Source: Chrysomallon squamiferum
Taxonomy: Eukaryota > Animalia > Mollusca
NCBI GenBank assembly: GCA_012295275.1
Contig: CM022674.1
Span: 10,850,001 to 10,914,000 of the forward strand
DNA length: 64,000 nucleotides
Reading direction: 5' to 3'
In this document: positions 13,707 through 45,663 of the stretch, piece after piece
How positions within the stretch are numbered: the stretch's first letter is position 1
Layout of the letters: each line of letters begins with the position of its first letter
Made by a program: the position numbers and the translations under genes
Notes under the pieces: model-generated
The model's database searches: none
What the model saw: only the letters and a program-made list of their open reading frames with translations
What the model was told of the DNA's origin: nothing

Positions 13707-15532
13707 GTAATAATAATAATAATAATAATAATTTAAGACAACAGTTCCGTGAGTCCATGTATATTGCAAATTTGCTATTCATTTTGATTCTTCATGAGCA
13801 ATGAAAAGGGGTTCCACCTCTGCTCTCCAAAACAGATAATTACTCATTTTGAACATAGTTCTATCAAATTATATTTCTGTAAATGCAAAATAGGAAGAAA
13901 AAGCAACAAACCTCAAAATAAGGTTTAAAATAATTTATTGAAATTACTAAAACACTACATATAGTTGGTTGTTATGGCAACACAGATAATAATAAAAAAT
14001 AATTATATTAAAGACTATTGTATTTATTAATTATTTATTATTTTTGTTATAGATAAATATACACGTATTGCAAATAATAATAATTGCTTTAAATATTAAT
14101 GCATTATATTTAGTTACACGAGAATGAATATAATGTGTTAGGGTGAATATACATAAAATATTTGTTAAATATTTCGTTATCCGAATACGTCTAATTACAT
14201 AATTATAGTCAATACCTTACGTAAAAAAAAAAAAAAAAAAAAAAAACAACAACAAACAAACAAAACAACTTGAACTTAACAGTGTTCTTTCTTTGCAAGA
14301 TGAGATTTTGTAAGACGGTGGAGAAAGAGATACGAGATTTCATTTGTTTTACTTCAAAGTCTAACTGAACTTACGTTTCAGTTTAATTTAATGCGCATGC
14401 GTCAAAAACAATACTAGTAAAGCATTAAAACTGATTTAAAGAAAACCCCAAGTTAATTAGAATGAATTCAATTCCATTTCAGTGACTTTAGTCAGAGGTA
14501 GTTGCGTGTAACTGCCTGTGTGAAGAAATATATTTTGTTACTATCAAATTACGCTACTGAGTCGATTATTATGTAGGTTGACCTATTTAATTTGCGCGAG
14601 ACTCTCTTTGAATATATATTTTTACCGATCACAAATTATATCCACATATACGATTGAACGCCGTTATTTTTATATTATTCTTTTTATCTCTTACACCTCT
14701 ACTGAAAACGTAAGTATGTGTATGTGTTTGTTTGTATATGGATAGATTAAATTTAGACATTAACCGTCTGATGTTCAAAGGAAAAACAAAGACTAAATTA
14801 CTATGTAGGGTAAATGGTGTCATTTCGATGATACAGTATCTACTCGGAAGTCTTCGAGTTGATTCGGAAATTATCGAATGCATTCGGCAAACGATAAATA
14901 TCTAAAAGACGATCAAATTAGTATTTGCCTACAAACTATTAAAACTTAATCAGTTAACTAATTTATTTATTTATTTATTTATTTATTATTCCTTGTATTC
15001 AAACCTATAATTCTATAAAAACATTCCATTATTTCCTAATGGAGCAATACCGACAATTCTCGAAGTCTCAGTTAAGAACTATAAATAAAACAAAACAATT
15101 TATTTTTAATTTTATGCATCGATATGTCATATTTGTAGTTAATTATGCAAATTAATTACGTCAGATGAAGATGTTATGTAGAAAATGAATTATGCACACT
15201 ATAACAATAATTAATAGTGTCAAATGCAATGGATATGACCTGTAAATTGATATAAGTAATTAGTCGGTTTCACTTATCATTTTCTTCTAAACCTTTTGAA
15301 AAAATAAATTAATAAATTAATAATAAAATGAATATAAATGCAGAAATTTAAATGAAGAAAATATCTTGTGTGTTTGGTGTATAAAGAAAAAACAAATTTT
15401 AATCGTCAGATCCAAAATCTTTTCTCCTCTCTCTCACAGTTGTTGACCAATGTAAAGCGAAAATGACGTCACGTGAACATTGGTATTGCTATAGAGCCAA
15501 TCAGAAAACGTAACTCTTTTGAGCGGAACCAA

Positions 15533-32498
<16,966 letters not shown>

Positions 32499-32948
32499 GT
32501 TTGCGAGAGAGAATTAAAACATACTCATCCCCCTCTATGCAGAAAAATAAAATTCTGGGAACAAGGGTGATGCACGAGTCCATAAATAAAACTCACTTTG
32601 TTGTACGTGTCAGTCAACAAGAATTCTGTTACAAATCTGGTTGAACAAGAGTTTGCTATAATTAATATTTAGAATAATTTAATTCTAAATGACAGTTTAG
32701 GAGGAGATATGCAGTAATTAATGTAAGGTCAACATCAGAATGACGGAACGTCTCAATGTGAGTGACGTTTAGACGTGTCGTCATAATTAACCTGTAAAAG
32801 TTAATGAGTTGTTGTAGGTTTTTGTGTCCATAGCGATTTAAAATAAATGGCTGGCATCTGTGATGTACATTTCTGTGCAGTCACCTTCCATTAAAACGTA
32901 TACAAGACAGAAGGAACAAATAGACTAATTGCATTGTAGAGAGTTTTA

Positions 32949-33090
<142 letters not shown>

Positions 33091-36000
33091 CCTAATTCTA
33101 TCTAAAAGTATTAGACTGATGTTCAGACAGAGAACTACTTTTCGTCGCGCATTTCGACATTTCATAACGTGGAGTGCTCTGAGATGTTCGCATCAGTCGA
33201 GTAATAACAGGAAGACTGTGACAGCTGACGACACTTTTGACAGGTTGGCGGTCATAAATCGCGTGCTCGCCTAAATGATTCTAGAAGCGGAACATTCCAA
33301 GAAAAATTAACATTGTAGTAGTTTCTGGACAGAGTTTTTTAATAGTTTTTTTCAATGCTGTTATTAATGGCGGCGATTAAGTATTATATAGAATATAGGT
33401 ATTAATAGTTTTAGTAGTAGTTGTCGTAGTAACAGTGGTAGCAGTAGTAGTAGTAGTAGTGTGATAGTGTTACATAGACTATAGGTATTAATAATTGTAA
33501 TAACCGTAGTCGTAGTGGCAACAGCAGTAGTAAATGTTATAATAATTGTAGTAGCAGTGGCAGTAGTTGTAGTCGCAGGCTCAGTAGTAGTACTGATTTA
33601 TAAAATAAATAAATCAATAAATAAAATAAAATAAAATAAGTTAAAAACGGCAGCAATAAAATCGATAAGTGATATCTGAAACCTGAAACAGAATGCCAAT
33701 ACGTCTTCTACTCTACCATCTCTAACAAACTTCGTAATCTAATATTCTATGTTTATTGGTCTCAGTTTTCTCAAATTAATATCTGCCCGTCAAAATCGAG
33801 ATTGGGGAATAGCCGTGGCAATATTTCGGAGCCAGGAGAGATTAGCCATAATTTTCATAAACGATCGACGTTAACAGGCAGAGAGATAATCTAGTTATTT
33901 TTAACTTTGTTATATAACTGTAGTTTAACGGTTGTTTTTGACAATGAACTCATGGGCTGGACAATTTTGGCTTGCGTTGAATTTATGTCTCGGTTTGATT
34001 GTCTGGTGTTACTTTATTTAGTTATATACTAGAAGTAGTAGTAGTGGTAGTAGTAATAGTAGCAATAGTAGCTGTGGTAGTAACAGTAATAGTAGTGGTA
34101 CGTAGCAGCAGTATAAACACAAGACGTAATAATAGCAGTAATAGTAGTAGTGGCATAGCATTGGAAGTAGTAGAAGAAGTAGGATTAGTATAAGAAACGT
34201 AGAGGGAGTAGAAATTCTCGTTGTAGTAGTAGTAGTTGTAATTGTAAAGGTGGTAGTAATAATAATAATAATAGTAATAGTAGTGGTAGTAGTAGCAATA
34301 ATAATAGTTATAGTAGTACTAGTAATAACAGCTGTAGTACTAGTAATAACAGCTGCAATAGTAATAGTAATAATAATACTAGTAATACTAAAAATGACAA
34401 TAATAATAATAGTACTGATGATGATAATGACTTGTTAATAGCTGAGAATAAAACAGCAGTAAAAAACAATAAATGGTTCTTCCTCTTGTTATTGGCTTCA
34501 GGCCTTTTCAGTTAGTATCTGTTAGGATGTTGTCATTAGAACGTGACTTTTTATGATTTTTCAATTACAAAAGCAGACCTGTAAACGAATTAACAACATA
34601 AAGCAAGCAAACAAGAAAGAAAAAGATAATCAAAATAAAGTTATCACGAAACCACACAGAACATACAAAAACAAAAAGAAAAAAGACCGAAAAAACAAAC
34701 AAACATTTTTAACAAACATTTAAAAAAAAGTAAGAATGAAAGAAAAACAAAGGAAAAAAAAACGAAAATACCATGAACAGTACAATACAGATTATTAAAT
34801 TTAGAAAAACAAAGAAAAAACATCAACAAACCCGCCATATTGCCATACTGCAATTGTGCACAATAAATAATAATAACATAAATAATAGAATGAAAAATAA
34901 AAAATAAAAATAATGAAACAAAGATTAAAAATAGAGCCCCTGCGAAGATCTGGAAATGTGATGACGCTACAGAAACGCGTTTCATCAACTTTATTCCGTT
35001 ATTGGAAAAATGTTAAAAACGAAAAAAATGCTCGTATTTTTAACAATGCAATAAAATGATCCAGTAAAGTCTATTTCATTTATTTTGATATGAATAAAAA
35101 TAAAAACTGATAAGATTAATTTCTTAACAGATATTTTACGATGATGGAAATTTTATCTCAGCATATTTCATGAAACGTATAAAAATGAGTAGGAACTTTT
35201 TTGACTAGATAAGATTTTTTAATCTGTGGTTTGCGGATTTTCGCAATTTTAAGCAAAATAGTTATTGAAAAAAATTTCTTTTTTACCAAAACATAGAAAA
35301 AAGAGAAAAGAAAACAGAAGTAATGAAGAAACGTAGAAAAAACAAGAGAGGAAAAAAAGAATGAAAAAGAGATATAATTAAAGAAAAAAAAAGACGAATA
35401 GAAAAAAGAAAAAACAGAACATAAGAAAGAAAGAAAAGTCTGAAATAGGTAAATATGGACGAAAATAAATAAATAATTAAATAAATAAATAACAAGATTA
35501 CCGTCAGTAAAATTATAATCGGAGGTAAAGGGATGAAAAAAAAAAAATTCAAGATAGACCCATTTGAGCTTTCTAATAAAGAACATGTATTATCCTCAGA
35601 GAAAATATGTAACATCTGTAATAATATATAATTGTGTACGCAGTCAAATTATATATCTGTTTTAATTTTTATTTTTAATATAATCATCACACGAAGATGA
35701 TACGATTGTTGTAACGAAGTACGGAGTTGTACGGAAACACGTGCAAGATGAATAACAATATCCGGATACCACTGACTGGGGTAATTACTGTAACAAAACT
35801 AATTATCATTTCAGATGTTTGCATCATCCAGTGTAACCATGGTAATTAAACGTACAACATACAGCAGAGTATCATCTTACGTCATTTGGCTACAAACTAA
35901 ACGTAATCCATACAAATACGTCAGACGACATCTGAAAAATGCCAGAGTTAAGCCGTTGTTCTCGAGCCACCAGGATCGAATTCCGCTGTGGCACCCCACC

Positions 36001-36998
36001 AAAAGTTTCATTACTTAGTGATACTTAATTAAATACTGAACAGAAAATCGACGCTTTTCGTTTCATGTCCAGTACAGCGGAGCTTGAACCTATGTAGCAT
36101 ATGGATCCTGACGCCAAATGTTGAAGAGGTTCTAAAATACATTTCATCACACTATACGACATTAATTTTTTTGCTTGATATTTCTGTAAAAGGCTATCTT
36201 CGTTATTCCACAAAATGTCTTATTATTCACATTAACTTTACTAGAACATTTTATATTTCACATCATACTGACCACATCTGTAATTAAATCTTACGATGAT
36301 ATTATTAACACTTACTCCTAAAACTAACTTCTGTTCATATTAGCTCCAACACGTGTTATTAACTATATATCCTATATTAACTTCAGATTACTTTCCTCTA
36401 TTTCTATTAACTCTTATATCCTGCTTTTAGCGTCTACAGCTGTAATTAACTTGACTACGTTTATTACTCCAAGTACAACTGTACTCTTGTTAACTACTGT
36501 TATTAAACCCCACTCCTGTCTTTAATCCCTACACCATATTAACACCTGCTTTTATTCCTACCTCAACTCCTCCATTTGTCGATTTGTCCAGAAGAAAACA
36601 TCATCAGCAGGAGTCTAGCGTTCTCCCCCTTTACACGACCATGGATCGAATCCAGAACAACGAAAGCGTGGACCACTCTTCACAGATTTCCCCAAAAAGA
36701 TTATTTAAAATATGACTGCGGGATGCGTAAATCATGGAATAAAAACACACACGTGTGAAACATTCTGCCAGTGAGAGGAACAAAACAACTATGAAAATAT
36801 TTATTAAATCAACTTTTTACAAATGCCAGACAAACACGAAGCGAGAAGGTAACGAGATGGACGTGGCTTGAGGTCGGAACATCGACGAATGAGCGAGAAG
36901 AGATTTTGAATTCATTGCGCTGTAAATTGGGATTGGCTGAGGTGTTTAACGTACTGGTCAAAGAAACTTCGCTACAACGAACATCTGGACATGTAAGC

Positions 36999-39030
36999 CT
37001 AGATCTGTTTGTTCTAGACAGGTAGTACTGATACTGCTATGTCTAGCTCTAGACTGTTTGCTGTAGACAGGTAGTACTGATACTGCTCTGTCTAGCTCTA
37101 GATCTGTTTGTTGTAGGCAGGTAGTACTGATACTGCTATGTCTAGCTCTAGATCTGTTTGTTCTAGACAGGTAGTACTGATACTGCTATGTCTAGCTCTA
37201 GATCTGTTTGTTGTAGACAGGTAGTACTGATACTGCTATGTCTAGCTCTAGATCTGTTTGTTCTAGACAGGTAGTACTGATACTGCTATGTCTAGCTCTA
37301 GATCTGTTTGTTCTAGACAGGTAGTACTGATACCGCTCTGTCTAGTTCTAGATCTGTTTGTTGTAGACAGGTAGTACTGATATTGCTAGTCTAGCTCTAG
37401 ATCTGTTTGTTGTAGACAGGTAGTACTGATATTGCTAGTCTAGCTCTAGATCTGTTTGTTGTAGACAGGTAGTACTGATACTGCTCTGTCTAGCTCTAGA
37501 TTGTTTGTTGTAGACAGGTAGTACTGATACTGCTCTGTCTAGCTCTAGATCTGTTTGTTCTAGACAGGTAGTACTGATACTGCTATGTCTAGCTCTAGAT
37601 CTGTTTGTTGTAGACAGGTAGTACTGATACTGCTATGTCTAGCTCTAGATCTGTTTGTTGTAGACAGGTAGTACTGATACTGCTATGTCTAGCTCTAGAT
37701 CTGTTTGTTGTAGACAGGTAGTACTGATACTGCTATGTCTAGCTCTAGATCTGTTTGTTGTAGACAGGTAGTACTGATACTGCTATGTCTAGCTCTAGAT
37801 CTGTTTGTTGTAGACAGGTAGTACTGATACTGCTAGTCTAGCTCTAGATTGTTTGTTGTAGACAGGTAGTACTGATACTGCTCTGTCTAGCTCTAGATCT
37901 GTTTGTTGTAGACAGGTAGTACTGATACTGCTATGTCTAGCTCTAGATCTGTTTGTTGTAGACAGGTAGTACTGATACTGCTATGTCTAGTTCTAGATCT
38001 GTTTGTTGTAGACAGGTAGTACTGATACTGCTAGTCTAGCTCTAGATTGTTTGTTGTAGACAGGTAGTACTGATACTGCTCTGTCTAGCTCTAGATCTGT
38101 TTGTTGTAGACAGGTAGTACTGATACTGCTATGTCTAGCTCTAGATCTGTTTGTTGTAGACAGGTAGTACTGATACTGCTATGTCTAGTTCTAGATCTGT
38201 TTGTTGTAGACAGGTAGTACTGATACTGCTATGTCTAGCTCTAGATTGTTTGTTCTAGACAGGTAGTACTGATACTGCTATGTCTAGCTCTAGATCTGTT
38301 TGTTGTAGACAGGTAGTACTGATACTGCTATGTCTAGCTCTAGATTGTTTGTTCTAGACAGGTAGTACTGATACTGCTCTGTCTAGCTCTAGATTGTTTG
38401 TTCTAGACAGGTAGTACTGATACTGCTATGTCTAGCTCTAGATCTGTTTGTTGTAGACAGGTAGTACTGATACTGCTATGTCTAGCTCTAGATTGTTTGT
38501 TCTAGACAGGTAGTACTGATACTGCTATGTCTAGCTCTAGATCTGTTTGTTGTAGACAGGTAGTACTGATACTGCTATGTCTAGCTCTAGATCTGTTTGT
38601 TGTAGGCAGGTAGTACTGATACTGCTATGTCTAGCTCTAGATCTGTTTGTTGTAGACAGGTAGTACTGATACTGCTAGTCTAGCTCTAGATCTGTTTGTT
38701 GTAGACAGGTAGTACTGATACTGCTATGTCTAGCTCTAGATCTGTTTGTTGTAGACAGGTAGTACTGATACTGCTATGTCTAGCTCTAGATCTGTTTGTT
38801 GTAGACAGGTAGTACTGATACTGCTAGTCTAGCTCTAGATCTGTTTGTTGTAGACAGGTAGTACTGATACTGCTAGTCTAGCTCTAGATCTGTTTGTTGT
38901 AGACAGGTAGTACTGATACTGCTAGTCTAGCTCTAGATCTGTTTGTTGTAGACAGGTAGTACTGATACTGCTAGTCTAGCTCTAGATCTGTTTGTTGTAG
39001 ACAGGTAGTACTGATACTGCTATGTCTAGC
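36999..39030. repeat. 50-bp minisatellite, ~41 copies
   Basis: Unit ctagatctgtttgttgtagacaggtagtactgatactgctatgtctagct (49-50 bp) repeated head to tail. Confidence 0.97.
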
Positions 39031-40911
39031 GCTTGCTCGTAATATTGATGTTTAAATATAAACGGTTTTTAATTGTCCCACATTGTTGTTTTTTCTAAAA
39101 TGATAACCTCGGGAGACTCTCAACAGTCTAACAAGTAGCAAAGTTCTTTATATGCATTTTTCATTGAGACTATCACGAACCTGACACAACACTGGCGGAG
39201 CATGCGCTAAAATGTGAAAAATTCAAACGAGCGGGTTAGGATCACTGATCAGTCCAGCGAACCATTGTAAATAAGAAAGCACGAACTATATACAGTATCT
39301 GACAAACACCTCGGACACTGGTTGTATTGTGAAAGAGTTTAACTGGAAGGACAAAGAGTTTTGAACCTGCGACCTAATGACTAACGAGAATTTGATAATT
39401 AATAGTTGCAGTTGCTAAGTTCCGAACCTAGAACCCAACTGTTCTCGGTTGGTGATTTAATCAGTGTTGGAGGCCAGAGATAGGTTCAGTGAATTTTGAG
39501 TCGAAATCAAAAGTTTATTTCAGTGTAGCTAGAATTTTAAAATATATTTTATAAAATAAATTAAGATTATCAATCTTTATGAGCACTGATATAGATACAA
39601 ATATAAGGTAATCGCTGATAGTTAACATTTATCGACATCGAATTTATTAAAGTTTTATTTTCCGTATCGTTTTTCTGTTGTTTTAATTACATTATATCTG
39701 TCTGTCGAGTGTATGTATACCTCGCTATTTATCTGCGCAGTTTGCTACATGATTATTTATTTATACAATAATTCCATCTCCAGTGACTGATTATTTATTT
39801 ATTTAATTATGTTTACAGAAAACACACGATGAAAAGAAGCGATCGTGGACTTTAGACAACAACTGAAATAAAAAAGAGAAATAACAAATTCTCAAAGTCT
39901 TACAGACCTGCTGGTGCCGTGTTCGAAGAAGCAAAACAAAACCATATGTTAAAGTTACCTGGCGGATCATACGGAGAAGACAGAAAACAGATTCTCTCCA
40001 CTGCTCTTCTCTGTCGATACGCTAAACGTGAAAAATGTGTTTTTTGAGAACCCAGTTGTTGTTTTCTTTGTGCTGTGTTTGATATACCACCTGTCTAAAC
40101 TTCGTTTTATATACTTAGTATTGACAGATTATCTTGATATACAGAGCTAGACGAATATATATATATATATATGTATATAGGAAGGTAGACAGCTAGTAAG
40201 ATATATATATATAGGAAGGTAGAAGATAATAAGATAGACTGACAGACATATTAGATAGACGCATGCATCTATAATACATACATACATACATACACACATA
40301 CATACGTACAAACATAAATACATCGATATAATACAGATACATAGATATCACTGAAAGACAAACAGAAAGCGCTTGTATGTATATGTCAGAAAGAAAAGAA
40401 TTGTCAGTCATGTGCAGATAACATAATAACAAACACAAATCTGTTACATTGACAATTCTCACATTTTTGTATATACCACCTTTAATAACTAAAAACAATT
40501 GACAACTAACTTATGACGTATTGTGATTGTTACCAAGGGTGATTCTGACGTCATATATATCTATTACGGCATACTATTACTTTTCGAGCAGTTTCAGAGA
40601 TAATAAAATAATCTATATACTGCATATATTACCAGATTTATGTCCCTAGCTAAAGATTATTCTCTTTGCCAGGATATCTTACGACACCATAACTCGACAA
40701 TTGCTTTTTTTATTTATTTATGTATGTTTTATTTATTAGTCTAGAACGCAGTCAATGAATGAAATACAGAAGTGAGTTTATGAGCGACAAATTACGTCAG
40801 GCGGGCAGAAAAAAGATCCTTGGCAGAGAAGTTTTAAACGATTTTCCAGATCCAGTGGCAATATCACTGAAAGAAACGTATTGTAGTATAAAACACTTAC
40901 AGAGACGCGCG

Positions 40912-40953
<42 letters not shown>

Positions 40954-42389
40954 CGTGTCCGAGTGTGAGAACGAGAGAGAGAGAACAGAATAGATACAAT
41001 TTTATTTACCTATACAGATACAAAACTGAATATATATATATATACAGACACGTTTTTGTATAACTATTTATATATACACATGAATTCATACACACACACA
41101 CATATACGCACACATATACACACACATGTGCCGAATACTGTTTATCTTAATCTGAATTACATAAAGCAACATTCAAGAAACACACACATAGTAACATATA
41201 AACATATAACGCTGTCATTCTTTCTCTAACTTATATAATACACATACGCATAAAGGCATGTATATATTATTCATGCTGACGATAATTACAACAGAAGTAA
41301 AATTGCAAGCATAATTAACATAAGTGAACGCATGACAAAACATTTTCACTCGATTAAAAACAATTTACTGATGCATAATTTAGAAGATAAATTTTTGCGT
41401 TTGTAAATATCATAATAACAACAAATCCGAAGGTTTACGACTTTAAGAGAACCATGGCTGTCATTCTGATAGATTATAACATCTTTTTTTATCTGAAATT
41501 ATTTTCATTTCATATTTGAAAAGATAAAAAAAAAATTGGCGTTAAAAAGAGGAAGACGTCATAATGGATCTGTTCGTAATATCCACAGAGATATTTACGT
41601 CATCAACTGCCTCTTTTTTTACTTGTTGTTTTAAAGATTTCTCTTTTTTCTTTTCTTGCTTTTCGACATATTTTCTCTTCTTCTTACTTTTTATAATATT
41701 TTTATTGAAAAGAAAGAAAGAAGAAAGTAATGCTAAACAAACAAACAAACAAACAAATACATAAATAAATAATTAATAAACAAATAGAAAATAAAATGAA
41801 AATAAAAATAGTAACATAGATAAGAAGTGTATTCGTTAATTTAAAATAAAGCATCGTGAACTAATTCCTTAAAAGCTGAGTAGATTATACTGCCAAGTCT
41901 AATTATGTAACATCCACCTGAACGTTAAAAATAAGTCAGTGAAGTGATATTTCTTTTACAAAAAAAAAACTCGCTTGATTTTTCTTGTTAAATTTTGTTT
42001 CTTCCTCTGACGACGTTCATGTAACACATAAATTACAGTAAAAACGGATCTAGCCTCGTTTTAATGCTATATACACATCTAGATAAAGGTTTTATGATTC
42101 ATAGCCACGTCATTAATCATTGTGTCGCGATCAAATCATAATAAGCAAAAACGCGAATACAAACACGCATGTACACATACCTAAATACACACACACATAA
42201 ACACACCTAAATACACACACATAAATACATACACATATCGCATATATGCAGTCAAAGCAGACAACATAACATTTTTGATTTATAAGTATAATACAAACAC
42301 ACACACACACACACACACTCATACTATGTATATACAAATAAAAACCTTTCACTCAGTACAGAGAGAAGGGAATAAGATATAAATGCAAT

Positions 42390-42725
42390 ACACGTAAATT
42401 CGTTACATTTATATATAAATCCGTGACACCTATACGTAAATCCGTGACACCTATACGTAAATACGTGACACATGTACATACATGACACCTATACCTTATA
42501 AATCCGTAAATGACACCTATACATAAATCCATGACACCTATACATAAATCCGTGGCACCTATGCGTAAATCCGTGACACCTATACGTAAATCCGTGAGAC
42601 CTATACGTAAATACGTGACATTTATACGAATATTTGTGATACTTACACGTAAATTGGTGACTGTTATACGGAAATTCGAGATACTTATACGTGAATTCGT
42701 GATACTTATACGTGAATTCGTGACA
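42390..42725. repeat. Degenerate 21-bp minisatellite
   Basis: Unit ctatacgtaaatccgtgacac and variants. Confidence 0.88.
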
Positions 42726-43021
42726 TGCATTATCTTGTGCGGTCACTTTGAAAATGAGTGAACTTTAGAAATAGTTTATCATCTGGGCAAAACGATCTTT
42801 GAACTCCGTGTGACGTAAACTTAACAGCAAGGTAACGTACAACTCGGAGTTTATCTGGACTTACAATATCAGTCACTGATTTCCTGTCGCCACTCATTTC
42901 TGATAATTTGTACAGTGTTTGGTTAAGACTGGCATAACTAGAGCAAGCTGACTAATAGTCTAAAACTGACTATTAGGATTAATTTGTTAATCATAGGCGA
43001 TTCTCTGTTGAGCATTTGGCT

Positions 43022-43101
<80 letters not shown>

Positions 43102-43440
43102 TGAAAAAGATGTGAAAATGAAATAGATAAAAAAAAAACACGACAATAAAGTAACAGATTCAAAACATTTTAAACGTTAGATAATTATTTTTTCAAAGAA
43201 ACGTATATTAAGTAATAATCATAAACATTATATTTTACTAATGCGTCCCTTATATAATTTTATGTAATTTGCGTAATAATACGTCATACATTGGCAGCAA
43301 GAATTGTGTTGTTATATAAAAGAAGACAGGCGAGAGTCTTCGAGAAACAATGCAACTTTTACCTTTCCTCCTTGAAAAATTGATTTTCTTTTTTAATTCT
43401 TATTTCCGAATATTTGATATCTATTTCCTTTATTTCACCC

Positions 43441-43522
<82 letters not shown>

Positions 43523-44299
43523 GCATATTTAATAATACTCAGACTTGGCTTCACTTCTAATAACTGTTATGTGAACGCTAATCTAATCTAAACAATCAAA
43601 CGGAATATCCGTCTTCGCAGTGATATTGTCTTGAAGCAAGCCGCGATCCCACAGTCTCCTGAGTGAACTGACAATCACTCGTCTACACTGACGTAATCTG
43701 AATGTTCAGTGGACCCGTACTTCGTTCTTTACTGGGGATTTTTAAACGAATCTTCAGTGATTTTTTATTTCTCATTTTAAAACGTTTCTAAAATGGAACG
43801 GACTGTGTTTACAATAAAACGTTAGCCAACAAAAAGCAAAGCTATTTTCAATAAAAACTATCAAACAGCCGCGAAAACCTTTTAATATTCTACCGTTACT
43901 GGGACATTTACAGTTCAGATTTTAATTTTTAAATGTTTTATTTCTGTTTGTTCCTTTGTTGTTTTGTTTTTTGACATTGTTCTTACTGTTTCATGTTTTT
44001 GTTTTAGAGGTGTTTAGATTTTGTTTAGCTCAGTATTTTATTTTATATTATTCTATTTCATTCTGCAAAACAATCTCAAACAAAAAAAGTTAAATCTTTT
44101 CAAAATAGTATTACCCCGAAGAAGGAAAAGAAGAAGGAGAAGAAGGAAAAAAGGGGGAAAAAAGATGATGATGTAGAAAATGTCTGTGAAGAAAATGAAA
44201 TTCTGACTGACAACTGATTTTATAGCTGAAAACGAACAACAGTGCGCTGAAATATTTAAAAACAACAAAACAAAATAAATATAAGAAAGACTGAACAAA

Positions 44300-44910
44300 A
44301 ATAAAGAATAAGAAATAAAAATGTTTTTCCCGCGTTGTAACATAATTTTACCTGACATGGGCCTCCTGTGCCCAGGATTTGTCCAAAGACTTTGCCGCGT
44401 TGCAATTGCACGTGCATTGCTCGATTTGACCATTGGCTAACCATTTCTGTTCCTCCGGGTTTTCTGTATCATCCATAGGAAGAGTTTGTATAAAATGCCT
44501 GCATATCTCCGCAGTTGTATACAGCGTCAGTGTGAGCAGTGCGAGCAGACAAAACCGCGCTCTTCAGGCCGATAACCGCCGTTTGTCGCTGGCGAGATAG
44601 CATAGCTGTTCGGAACCTGTTAATACGCACGCAGCCAGAACCAATCGGCAATTTCCGACAGCAGACCTCGGAATCCAACGGAGTGTAATGAGAAAGTTGA
44701 CGTGGTTATTCGGTGTTGTCGCCGCGGTTTCGTGCTTTTTATTGCATATAACTCGCCGTTTATTGGCAAACTCGTTCGGTGTAAATTCAATTCGTTCCGT
44801 TTTAGAAATGTTTTCATTGCGCTTGATTTAAGGCGAGAAATAAATGATTTGGAAGACTCGCATCAAACTGCTTTAATATTTAATGAATGGCGGCCCACTG
44901 CGTTGTGAGC
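44300..44910 (-). promoter_or_regulatory. CpG-rich island around candidate alternative first exon 1b
   Basis: High CpG/GC against the AT-rich background; contains an in-phase ATG exon. Confidence 0.45.
44352..44476 (-). CDS. Neprilysin candidate alternative first coding exon 1b (MDDTENPEEQKWLANGQIEQCTCNCNAAKSLDKSWAQEAHV)
   Basis: 41 open codons + AG, donor CAG|GTAAAA, phase 2; lies in a CpG-rich promoter-like island. Confidence 0.55.
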
Positions 44911-44980
44911 TTGAACATTCACAACTGTCTGTCTATCTATCTCTCTCTATCTCTCTGTCTATCTATCTGTCTATCTATCC

Positions 44981-45051
<71 letters not shown>

Positions 45052-45663
45052 ATTAGTTGTTGACTCATTTCTAATTGAAGGCAGTGGAATGTTGACTAGT
45101 TTGGACACGCAGTCTGCATGTAGTCTGTGAAAGTGTTTCTAACTTTTCTAACAAACTAACTAGTAACTTGGAGCGGAGAGTTATCACATTCTGCTGTAGA
45201 CAGGGGAGCACCTGCATTTTGGGGTCCCTGAAGCTTCAGCTGTTACTGGGTAACCATGGTTACATTCTTCAATGTGCCTGTTCCGTGATAGATCGTCATA
45301 AACGTTTTTTTTTGTTTTTTAAATTTAACCATGGCATCTTTGATTTGATTAAAAATTTTAAGTAATGAGGACTCAAATCATTGCTGACGCCGTGAAGCCG
45401 AAGTTTCATTAGTTTCCTAACAGATCCGCCTGCGTAACGCTCTAACCAGCGAGCTACAACTTGTCTTAGTGTGGGTTTATCTCAAACTCTGAAACCGAAA
45501 CTTGTTCGAGCAAAACGAGTTGGTGATATTTTACGATTTTCGGATGATTTAGGCTTCACAAATTTTATTTCACGCATAAAATTAGTAAAAGCCCATTGTA
45601 TTGAGAAACCTGCAGGCTATCTGTAAAAGTGTATATGAATGATAAATGGATTTCATGTTTAAA

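Noticed and set aside
36999-39030. CRISPR-like appearance of the palindromic 50-bp array
   Set aside because: No unique spacers, no cas genes, and a eukaryotic spliced-gene context
44053-44444. Track ORFs 44053..44433 and 44256..44444
   Set aside because: Wrong frames (phase 1 and 0 at the donor) that run on into low-complexity intron; the frame starting at 44476 is the compatible one
45436-45460. tRNA-like A-box (reverse complement TAGCTCGCTGGTTAGAGCG)
   Set aside because: No B-box or cloverleaf discernible; at most a decayed tRNA-derived SINE fragment
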